A DNA stretch of 64,000 nucleotides from Chitinophagaceae bacterium (GTDB lineage: Bacteria; Bacteroidota; Bacteroidia; Chitinophagales; UBA10324), in NCBI GenBank assembly GCA_016717285.1, contig JADKFU010000005.1, positions 1,031,319-1,095,318 of the forward strand, read 5' to 3'. Numbering within the stretch: position 1 is the stretch's first letter; each line of letters starts with the position of its first letter. The notes beneath the pieces are model-generated. The model was not told where the DNA came from. It saw only the letters and a program-made list of their open reading frames with translations, and made no database searches. Positions 56,423-64,000 of the stretch are shown one piece after another. Made by a program: the position numbers and the translations under genes.

Positions 56423-56842
56423 AAAAATCGGTTACTGAGCGGAGCTCGAAAAGAAATCGGTCACTGAGCGCAGCCGAAGTGCCGGGATTTTTTAGATGAC
56501 TGGTTTCTTTTTTTTTGCGCCCTTCGGCTACGCTCAGGGAGCAAAAAAAAATTGGTCACTGAGCGGAGCCGAAGTGCCCGATTTTGAAGTTGACTGATCG
56601 CGTTTTTTTTTGCGCCCTTCGGCTGCGCTCAGGGAGCAAAAAAAATCGGTCACTGAGCGGAGCCGAAGTGCCCGGATTTTTTTAAATGACTGGTTTCTTT
56701 TTTTTTGCGCCCTTCGGCTACGCTCAGGGAGCAAAAAAAATCGGTCACTGAGCGGAGCCGAAGTGCCCGGATTTTTGAAGTTTGACTGATCGCGTTTTTT
56801 TTTTTTGCGCCCTTCGGCTACGCTCAGGGAGCAAAAAAAAAA
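56423..56842. repeat. hairpin-unit tandem array C (4 units with two alternating linker types, plus one degenerate half)
   Basis: Units at about 56449-56542, 56543-56637, 56638-56732 and 56733-56832. Confidence 0.9.
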
Positions 56843-56845
56843 TGA

Positions 56846-58702
56846 CTAAACTTTCTTCCCTTTCATAGCATCCAGGATCACCTTATCCATCACACGATGT
56901 GCAAAGGGTTGTGAATATTCATTTAGCTCCTCCATTTTGGTATGAATAAAATCTTTATCACCACTATCCAATGAATCTTTCAGAGCATTCATAAAAGAAC
57001 GCATGCCTTCAGCTTCTTCATTAGAAAGGAAACCGGCATTGCTCTTCAGAAATTTTTCGGCGGAAAGCAAAACCTGTTGCGCTTCTGTTTTTGCTTCCTG
57101 AACACTACGTGTCTGCATGTCATCTTTTGCATGGGTGATAGAATCCAGCAACATTTTTTCCACTTCCGCATCTGTCAATCCATATTGTGGTTTGATATCA
57201 ATGCTTTGTTCAAGTCCACTACGCAATTCCTTTGCTTTCACTTTTAGTATGCCATCAGCATTCAGGATAAAACTGATTTCAATTTTTGGAAAACCGGCAG
57301 GCATGGCAGGAATTCCTGATAGGATGAATTCTGCCAGCTTACGATTGTCTTTCACCACATCACGTTCGCCCTGGTACACTGCAATTTTCAGATTCTTTTG
57401 TCCGTCAACAGAAGTGGTGTATTGTCTTGCTGCGCTGGTTGGAATTTTTGAATTACGCGGAATAATCACATCCATCAGTTCACCAATAGTTTCGATGCCG
57501 AGTGAAAGCGGAGTGACATCGAGCAGTAAAATATCTTTTTGATTTCCTGCTAATACATCAGCCTGTATCGCCGCTCCCAATGCAACTACTTCATCCGGAT
57601 TTAGTGAATCATAAACGGGCTTGCCGAAGAATGCAGCCACTGTTTGATTTACCAATGGAATACGAGTAGCTCCGCCCACCATCACGATTGTTTCAATATC
57701 GCTGGTCGTCAGCTTTGCATCTTTTAATGCATGCTTTACTGCCACCATTGTTTTTTCAACAAGGTGGTTGGTTGCTGCTTCGAATTCAGTTTTTGTGATG
57801 TTGCAATTGAAGCTGCCTTGATGGCCTGAATAGCTATCGTTTTGGCTCAGATAAATTTTGGCTTCTTCCGCCTGAAGACGTAGCGATTGACTCAACGATT
57901 TATCACTAACGAGTTCCTTTTCTGATAGCTGATTTTGTTTCAGCCAGAAATCTACAATAGCGCGATCGAAATCATCGCCACCGAGAAATGTATCTCCATG
58001 TGTAGAGAGCACTTCAAATATTCCGCCCTGAATTTTCAGAATGGAAATATCAAAAGTTCCTCCACCGAGATCATAAACAGCAATTGTTTTTTCTTCGTCC
58101 GGATTCAATCCAATACCATACGCGAGTGAAGCTGCCGTTGGTTCATTGATGATGCGTAACACTTCCAGTCCGGCTAATTTTCCGGCATCGCGTGTTGCCT
58201 GCCTTTGTGAATCGTTGAAGTATGCCGGAACGGTGATCACTACTTTCTTTACTGCTGCCTTCATCACTTTTTCTGCACGTTCTTTCAGCTCTTTCAAGAT
58301 GAAAGAGGATAGTTCAATGGGAGAGTAGAAAATGTTACCGACACGAATCTTAACCAATTGCTCCGTGTCTTCATCAATAATTTTATAACCGAAATATCTT
58401 TCATGAGCCTTCACATCTTTATACGACTTTCCCATCAATCGCTTTACGGAATAAATGGTGTTTTGCGGATCGGAAATCAGATGCTGCCTTGCCGCTGATC
58501 CTACGACTAATTTTTCAGGTGATTCAAAATGCACGATCGAAGGAACGAGCGAATGCACGCCGTCTTCCTTTACGGTTTCCGCGTGGCCGGTTTCCCTGTT
58601 AACAAAAGCAATCAATGAATTAGTGGTACCGAGATCGATGCCTGCAATCAGCTCTTTTTTTTCAATCGAAGCCTCTTTAATATTTATGGAAATTTTTGCC
58701 AT
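56846..58702 (-). CDS. hscA: Hsp70-family Fe-S cluster assembly chaperone HscA-like
   Basis: ...IAGIDLGTTNSLIAFV..., ...VITVPAYFNDSQRQATRDAG..., ...DLGGGTFDISIL.... 618 aa and an HscA-type N-terminal extension. Confidence 0.8.
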   Translation of the reverse strand: MAKISINIKEASIEKKELIAGIDLGTTNSLIAFVNRETGHAETVKEDGVHSLVPSIVHFESPEKLVVGSAARQHLISDPQNTIYSVKRLMGKSYKDVKAHERYFGYKIIDEDTEQLVKIRVGNIFYSPIELSSFILKELKERAEKVMKAAVKKVVITVPAYFNDSQRQATRDAGKLAGLEVLRIINEPTAASLAYGIGLNPDEEKTIAVYDLGGGTFDISILKIQGGIFEVLSTHGDTFLGGDDFDRAIVDFWLKQNQLSEKELVSDKSLSQSLRLQAEEAKIYLSQNDSYSGHQGSFNCNITKTEFEAATNHLVEKTMVAVKHALKDAKLTTSDIETIVMVGGATRIPLVNQTVAAFFGKPVYDSLNPDEVVALGAAIQADVLAGNQKDILLLDVTPLSLGIETIGELMDVIIPRNSKIPTSAARQYTTSVDGQKNLKIAVYQGERDVVKDNRKLAEFILSGIPAMPAGFPKIEISFILNADGILKVKAKELRSGLEQSIDIKPQYGLTDAEVEKMLLDSITHAKDDMQTRSVQEAKTEAQQVLLSAEKFLKSNAGFLSNEEAEGMRSFMNALKDSLDSGDKDFIHTKMEELNEYSQPFAHRVMDKVILDAMKGKKV

Positions 58703-58825
58703 AGAAAATTAGACGGTGAATGCTGCTTAACAGCGTAATAAATTTTTGTGAGGCAAAGATAGGGGAGTCAGGGTAAAATATGATCTGCAGTTATAAAACA
58801 AGATGCAAGACCGTTTCGGAATTTG

Positions 58826-61800
58826 TCAACGCATCAGATACATTTTTCCGATGCCATGTTTAAAATACTGATCGGTGCCAACGTCATAGTGATCAATATC
58901 CTGGCCGTTGAGAATTGCATCTACGCGATAGAAATACAAACCGTTGGCCAGCTTATCGCCGTACTGATCGGTACCATTCCAGGCATAATCCGTAATGTTA
59001 TTTCCAACATGAATGGCACCGAGTTCACTCATGAATATTTCTTTGATCACTCTTCCGCTGATAGTCATGATCTCAATTTTCATAAACTGCGGCACTTCGG
59101 AACCTGTGAGCGTAAACACAAATCGTGTGGAAGTGGTAAACGGGTTAGGATAATTCATCACATTGGAGATCATCGGCTTATTGATAACTTTGAAAGATAT
59201 TCTGTAAGTATTGTTGCCGGATGAATTACCACTGCGGTCATATCCCTGCACTACCAGTTGATAGGTGCCATCGATGGGGAAATATTTTTTCAATGTTACA
59301 TGCGCTGAATTATCTTTTGCAAGATTGGAGGAATCAGCAGGATAGAAGAAGGCTGTCAACTGATCGAAGATTACATTGTGCTTTCCTCCATCCGGATACA
59401 ATAAATAAATGTCAAAGAGTGAAGTATCATTCAATGCAAGAAATTTGCTTTCATCTTTCAGCACCATATCTATCTCAGGCTTAGCCGAAACCAGGTCGCC
59501 ATCAAGAATGTGAATGCCATCAAAAGTTACATCCAGCAGCGGATTCAAATTATCGGTGGTTACGGTGAAATCGATGATGCCTATGTTATTAAAATGAGCT
59601 TGTTCCGGCTGATCGTTGTCAGGATTCGCTTCAATAAATAAATAATTAATACCGGCGTACTGATCACTTCCGGTGCTGAAATCATAGGTGACATGAATAG
59701 TGTCATTTCCCGCTAATGGCCCATACCGTTTTATGTAAGTGTGGGTTCCGTTGGTCGCATCGGTTACTTCAAATTTCATCAGCATGCTGTCCATGTCCCA
59801 TGGTGTCAGGTTTTCTATCACAGCATCCAGATGCAGCGGCAAAAACTGATGTATGGTATCGGACATTAAAAAATGCAGCGACGGATTTAATGCTGCTTCC
59901 GGCACCGGCTGATAGTTGATCCGCCAGTAATCAAGCTGAACGGGAGTCCGGTTTAAAGTATCCGTGCAAAACAGGAGCAGCTTCAGATAAGGATATTGAG
60001 AAACATCAATACCGTCAATCAAAGTGTCATTTGCTGATACATGATTCGATAGAACGGTTTCAAGGCCATCATTACTCACCCCAATTAGTTGCAGGGAAAT
60101 GCTGTCTGCTCCTGCTTCCAGCGAATGCGCTTTCCAGTGCAGGGAGGTCCATGATACGGCAGGTCCGATTAGCGGTGATTCCATAAATCCCTGATCCCAG
60201 TTTCCCTTTATCACAAAACCGGTGTCGATGATGGAGTTAAAGGTATCACCCACCACTTCATACACAGGATAGGACGGATCATTTTTTTTCAGGAATGCAA
60301 CGTAAGGCACTGCAGAATCAATCGTAGTGATTTTTGTAAGATTTAAATCTGTGAAATATTTCATCATGGTGCTGTCCCAGTTCCGGATGTTCGGATCATT
60401 CACCGACATCATTAACAGGTAATCGCCATTTGGCACTGTATCTAAGAAATTGCCGACATCAACATTAGTATAAGAGGTGTTGTAGAAAAAATTAGCACGG
60501 GGTGTTTCTTTGCATTGTATGCTGTTGTATAGACCTTGATAACCTCCAATGTTAGGATTCATCCATTGCAATCCATTCGCTGAGTCAATCACTTCAAATA
60601 ACATGGTAACTCCATAACCCATACAATCCCACACCCTGGACATTCTCACGCCATTGATAAAGTAGCCGGGATCATCCAATGGAACAGGACCGCCTATGTA
60701 AGCAGTGAAAGCATCGTACACGCTGATGGTTTTAATATCGTCGCTGAATTTAAACACGCGTGAGTCAGGTAATTCAATATTTCCATTTGGTTGAATAGCA
60801 GATTTCAGTTGAAAGAAATGCGACTGGTTCCAGCCGGGAGAGGAGCCTGGCAGATAGATGAAAGAGGCATTGTGCCAGAGGTAACCGTTGTTGTACAATG
60901 TATCAATACTGGTGCGCCAATAATACACAGTACTATCTTTTAAGATTAAGTCAGGCTTCCAGTTTAAAATTCCACCCGACTGAATAATTTTTTTCTGTTG
61001 CAATAAAGCACTGTTGAAAAGTTGCGTAGTATCAATCTGAAATACATATTGTTTTTCCGCAGCAAAAGCATCTACCGTGGCGGCTTTCAGTACCAAATCC
61101 TGACTGCTTATAATACAATAATCATAGGGAAAAACAGGTACAATGTCATCTGAACTGATAAACAGATTGGTGGTTATTTCATTGTTCAGCTCTGATATTT
61201 CATCAATCTCCCCTTGTGCGGAAATACTGTCGCCGGCATCCACTTTAATATTAAACTGGTTCAATCCGAAAGAAATATTGGGCTCTGTTTTTATGGAAAG
61301 CCGGATGGTATCTTTAAAATAGGGCGCCCTGATACGTTGGTGGTAGAGAAATTCCTGGGTGCCGCCTGGCAAGGTGCGTTTTACATCTATAAATATGGAG
61401 TCGCTCGTGGCTTCACCGATGTTGTACAGTACAACCTGAAGGAAAAAAGAATCAAGTCCTGCAGACACAGTTGGAGGATCAAAGCTTACGAATTGCGATT
61501 CAAGATCATAATCAGGTTTTGGATGTGTGTTGATCTTAATTGAAGGATCTCCATTCAGCAACATTTGTTCTGCAACAGTTCTGTCGATGTCTGCACCCGA
61601 TTGCGCAATCACGTTGCTCATCGTTTTCGCAATCAATGTTCCGAGTGATTGATTGTAGTATTTAGCAGATAAATTTTTGTAGAAGTTGGTGCTGTACAAA
61701 TCAAGCGATGTGGAAACAGAAAATTGGGAGGGTGCGAGAAAGGCGATGGCGCCTCTGTCTTTCGCAAACACAAAATCATCGCTTATGCCGTGTGTAGTGT

Positions 61801-63829
61801 TAAATAAATTACCAATCAGGCAACCATTAGTGAGAATTACAGGATATTTTCCATAGTTGTTGTATTCCTCAGGTCTGTCAAGATTGAAATCGAATGAATT
61901 GTAGGAGGAGTGTCCGTAAAAGGTAATCAGCGAAACACCATTGGAAATCAATGAATCGAGATAGGTGGAAACAATGTATTCAATCGGATCGGTGCTCGTC
62001 TTAAAAAATGAATAAATATTACCGCCGTACATCGTGTCTGAAGCTATGGATTTGTATTTATTCAGGTATCCCTGAAAGACAGCCTGATCTATCGAGTTAG
62101 ATCCTCCGGCGAGGTGCATGATATTTTTCATCCAGCCTTTATTAGCCACTGTTTGAAAGGGACTTGCCTGTGCACTTTCAAACAATTGCATTTTTGAAAG
62201 GTAAATGCCGATTTCTTCAGGTTTCAGGCAGGCAAGTCTTCCTATCGGGATGCGCGGCACCGGCGAAAAACCATATGCCGTGAGCAGCACGTCAGAGCCC
62301 GGATTTCCAAAGGTGGGCACGTGACAATACGGTCTGTTAGCCGGAATCTCCCACATGCTTACATACTCGATTGCTTTGCCGATTATAAAAATGTGCCTGT
62401 CTTGCGGTGGCCATTTTGCAAGAATGAAATCTGAAAAATGCCGGATGGAAGCAGGATGTTCATGTATGCCCCAGGCGAACTGATCGTATAGTTCACGGAT
62501 ATTTACAACGATGGCAGTATAGCCACTTGCATTTTTATAATTCTTGTAATCTTCAACGTAGTTATGACCAATACTGTCTTTGAAGAAAAAAGGATGTGTA
62601 ATAATGATGAAGTTGCCTTGATTGATTGCATCAAAGAAATTGGTGAAATGAATTTCCTGCAATGTATCAACTGCTTTGATCACCGATGAAGGATCGTAAG
62701 CAATAAGACACAAGCTGCGTTCAATTGCAGACGGCGGCAATAAAAATTTCTGTGTGTCATTTTGTACAACTGCTTCAAGCCGCAACTTGTTGGTGAAATC
62801 ATACAACACCGGCGTAGTGCCATTGGAATTGAAATTGCCGATTTCAATGTATTGATTTCCGCCTGATGCATTTAAACTGAAGGGCACCTGTGTTTGAAAA
62901 TCAAAATTGAATTCTCTCGGATATTTAAAATCAAGCCAGCCAACTGATCCCCAGTCAGTAGTAGTGGAAGTGGTAAGTTCTGTAGAATAAGTAACTGTTG
63001 TAGTGGGATGAGTGAGTAAATTGTTGCCGGGAAGGGGAAGGAAAAAGTGACGAACCAAATATCCAAAATCCGACACATCATAAATGGTGTTTCCATTCAC
63101 AGCGACGGTAAAACGATGATCTGTGTTTCCCCAACTGGTTGCCCATGATGTAAGTGAGCCTGTCGGACCGTCTGCATAAGGATAAGGTGTGTTGAGAGAT
63201 AAGGCCTTTGAAGTCTTATTGAAATAATCTCCCGAGTAACCTTCGGTGACACTAAAATCGGAATTAAACAAAGCCTGGCCGGAAAGCGCCGTAGGACCAT
63301 GGCTGTAATTATTTGGAGCGTATCGTTCCTTGCCGTAGACTTCTGCTACTGTATACCAGCAATACAACTCTTTGGGAGGATGATTGCTGATACTATTTGT
63401 TGTTTGTACAAAATGATTGTTGCTGGGCATGTTGCTCCACGTCAAAAAATAAGTCGCGGTATCATTGTACAAACTAAGGTGATTGTTGGGCTGCCAGCTT
63501 TTATCAGCATACAACACCGAATCAAGCATTCCATCATTGTGTACAGCATAAAATTCGATATAATCATTTGCTGCGAACAAACCATTTGTGCTTGTATAGA
63601 CAGGCACTTCTTCACCTTTATTAAAAACCTGGAACTGATTTCCATTTACACTGCCAAGCGGAATGCCCGCTGCAGCCAATACAGAATAATTTATTCTGTA
63701 AAATCCATCATCAATAATCTGGAATTTGAAATAGGGCTGGTTGTATTGTATCCATTCATTCCCATAAACCTGGGAGTAAAGTGAATGTGAAATCAAAAGG
63801 AAGAACGATGCGAGTATCAGTCTTCTCAT
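58826..63829 (-). CDS. 1667-aa peptidase C25 (gingipain/PorU-like) family protein with T9SS C-terminal sorting domain
   Basis: Signal peptide. C25 core (...FIIITHPFF..., ...PIGRLACLKPEEI..., His FYGHSS, Cys LTNGCLIGN). CTD (NYPNPFTTSTRFVF...GLYFYRVDA). Confidence 0.85.
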   Translation of the reverse strand: MRRLILASFFLLISHSLYSQVYGNEWIQYNQPYFKFQIIDDGFYRINYSVLAAAGIPLGSVNGNQFQVFNKGEEVPVYTSTNGLFAANDYIEFYAVHNDGMLDSVLYADKSWQPNNHLSLYNDTATYFLTWSNMPSNNHFVQTTNSISNHPPKELYCWYTVAEVYGKERYAPNNYSHGPTALSGQALFNSDFSVTEGYSGDYFNKTSKALSLNTPYPYADGPTGSLTSWATSWGNTDHRFTVAVNGNTIYDVSDFGYLVRHFFLPLPGNNLLTHPTTTVTYSTELTTSTTTDWGSVGWLDFKYPREFNFDFQTQVPFSLNASGGNQYIEIGNFNSNGTTPVLYDFTNKLRLEAVVQNDTQKFLLPPSAIERSLCLIAYDPSSVIKAVDTLQEIHFTNFFDAINQGNFIIITHPFFFKDSIGHNYVEDYKNYKNASGYTAIVVNIRELYDQFAWGIHEHPASIRHFSDFILAKWPPQDRHIFIIGKAIEYVSMWEIPANRPYCHVPTFGNPGSDVLLTAYGFSPVPRIPIGRLACLKPEEIGIYLSKMQLFESAQASPFQTVANKGWMKNIMHLAGGSNSIDQAVFQGYLNKYKSIASDTMYGGNIYSFFKTSTDPIEYIVSTYLDSLISNGVSLITFYGHSSYNSFDFNLDRPEEYNNYGKYPVILTNGCLIGNLFNTTHGISDDFVFAKDRGAIAFLAPSQFSVSTSLDLYSTNFYKNLSAKYYNQSLGTLIAKTMSNVIAQSGADIDRTVAEQMLLNGDPSIKINTHPKPDYDLESQFVSFDPPTVSAGLDSFFLQVVLYNIGEATSDSIFIDVKRTLPGGTQEFLYHQRIRAPYFKDTIRLSIKTEPNISFGLNQFNIKVDAGDSISAQGEIDEISELNNEITTNLFISSDDIVPVFPYDYCIISSQDLVLKAATVDAFAAEKQYVFQIDTTQLFNSALLQQKKIIQSGGILNWKPDLILKDSTVYYWRTSIDTLYNNGYLWHNASFIYLPGSSPGWNQSHFFQLKSAIQPNGNIELPDSRVFKFSDDIKTISVYDAFTAYIGGPVPLDDPGYFINGVRMSRVWDCMGYGVTMLFEVIDSANGLQWMNPNIGGYQGLYNSIQCKETPRANFFYNTSYTNVDVGNFLDTVPNGDYLLMMSVNDPNIRNWDSTMMKYFTDLNLTKITTIDSAVPYVAFLKKNDPSYPVYEVVGDTFNSIIDTGFVIKGNWDQGFMESPLIGPAVSWTSLHWKAHSLEAGADSISLQLIGVSNDGLETVLSNHVSANDTLIDGIDVSQYPYLKLLLFCTDTLNRTPVQLDYWRINYQPVPEAALNPSLHFLMSDTIHQFLPLHLDAVIENLTPWDMDSMLMKFEVTDATNGTHTYIKRYGPLAGNDTIHVTYDFSTGSDQYAGINYLFIEANPDNDQPEQAHFNNIGIIDFTVTTDNLNPLLDVTFDGIHILDGDLVSAKPEIDMVLKDESKFLALNDTSLFDIYLLYPDGGKHNVIFDQLTAFFYPADSSNLAKDNSAHVTLKKYFPIDGTYQLVVQGYDRSGNSSGNNTYRISFKVINKPMISNVMNYPNPFTTSTRFVFTLTGSEVPQFMKIEIMTISGRVIKEIFMSELGAIHVGNNITDYAWNGTDQYGDKLANGLYFYRVDAILNGQDIDHYDVGTDQYFKHGIGKMYLMR

Positions 63830-64000
63830 CTACGACTTGCTTGGTTTTTCATTAATGGCAATCCTGAGAGAAAATACGTTAGAATAGAGCGAAGAAGAAA
63901 GACTCCCAAGATTTGTTAAAGCGTAATCAATGCTGATACTTTTTATTACCAGTCCCACACCAATGCTAGGCTGAGCAGTCATATTCGTCGTTCCGTCAAT
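63830..64000 (-). CDS. 3' end of a probable outer-membrane beta-barrel protein (PorP/SprF- or PorV-like?), 5' part outside the window
   Basis: Manual translation gives ...IDGTTNMTAQPSIGVGLVIKSISIDYALTNLGSLSSSLYSNVFSLRIAINEKPSKS*. The stop abuts the ATG of the C25 gene. Confidence 0.4.
   Translation of the reverse strand: MDGTTNMTAQPSIGVGLVIKSISIDYALTNLGSLSSSLYSNVFSLRIAINEKPSKS

Noticed and set aside
50540-56842. CRISPR arrays, suggested by regularly spaced GC-rich repeats separated by AT-rich segments
   Set aside because: The segments between the repeats are themselves conserved from unit to unit. The repeats alternate in orientation and pair with each other as hairpin arms. No cas genes are nearby. 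These are tandem hairpin repeats, not repeat-spacer arrays.
50540-56842. Integron-like cassette array with attC hairpins between gene blocks
   Set aside because: There is no intI-type integrase. The flanked blocks are multi-gene, run in both orientations and have their own promoters. The hairpins are tandemly multiplied rather than present once per cassette.
1-64000. tRNA, rRNA, tmRNA or other canonical RNA genes
   Set aside because: I scanned intergenic regions for T-loop-like GGTTCGAATCC motifs and for rRNA-like conserved stretches and found none. This was by eye only; tRNAscan-SE or cmsearch should confirm.

Overview
This 64-kb chromosomal segment reads as Bacteroidota. Evidence: several proteins carry type IX secretion (T9SS) C-terminal sorting domains, TAnnTTTG-like promoter boxes precede genes, and the gene families fit; the exact taxon cannot be determined from sequence alone. 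I count about 60 protein-coding genes and found no rRNA, tRNA or CRISPR array. The left ~13 kb looks accessory. It holds a partial unknown three-gene module and two unknown genes translationally coupled to a decayed amino-acid ABC operon. It also holds an apparently intact IS3-family element and a very AT-rich TonB-dependent receptor plus FecBCD/BtuCDF-type uptake cluster. The rest is mostly envelope and housekeeping: LTA-synthase-like sulfatase, acyltransferase, GT2, a Wzy/Wzz/Wzx/GT4 polysaccharide cluster, a trans-sulfuration enzyme, serC-crp-serA-DUF1015, radical SAM, nucleoside phosphorylase, Usp, an ABC-2 exporter, a GH57+GT4 alpha-glucan pair, hscA, and several T9SS cargo proteins including a 1667-aa C25 peptidase. 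The most unusual content is non-coding. Three tandem arrays of a ~95-bp long-hairpin unit sit at about 50.5, 53.4 and 56.4 kb. A ~130-bp MITE-like element in three copies carries the same 16-nt core. Heptad GACTAAN microsatellites, G-free leaders and a 51-bp tandem repeat also occur. A second theme is a high density of broken genes: at least six with frameshifts or in-frame stops, several in homopolymer runs. This means either indel-prone sequencing or real gene decay. No recognisable defence or biosynthetic system is present. The best candidates for something undescribed are the hairpin-array/MITE family, the unknown 150-aa/472-aa gene pair, and a micro-ORF wedged in front of a radical SAM gene.
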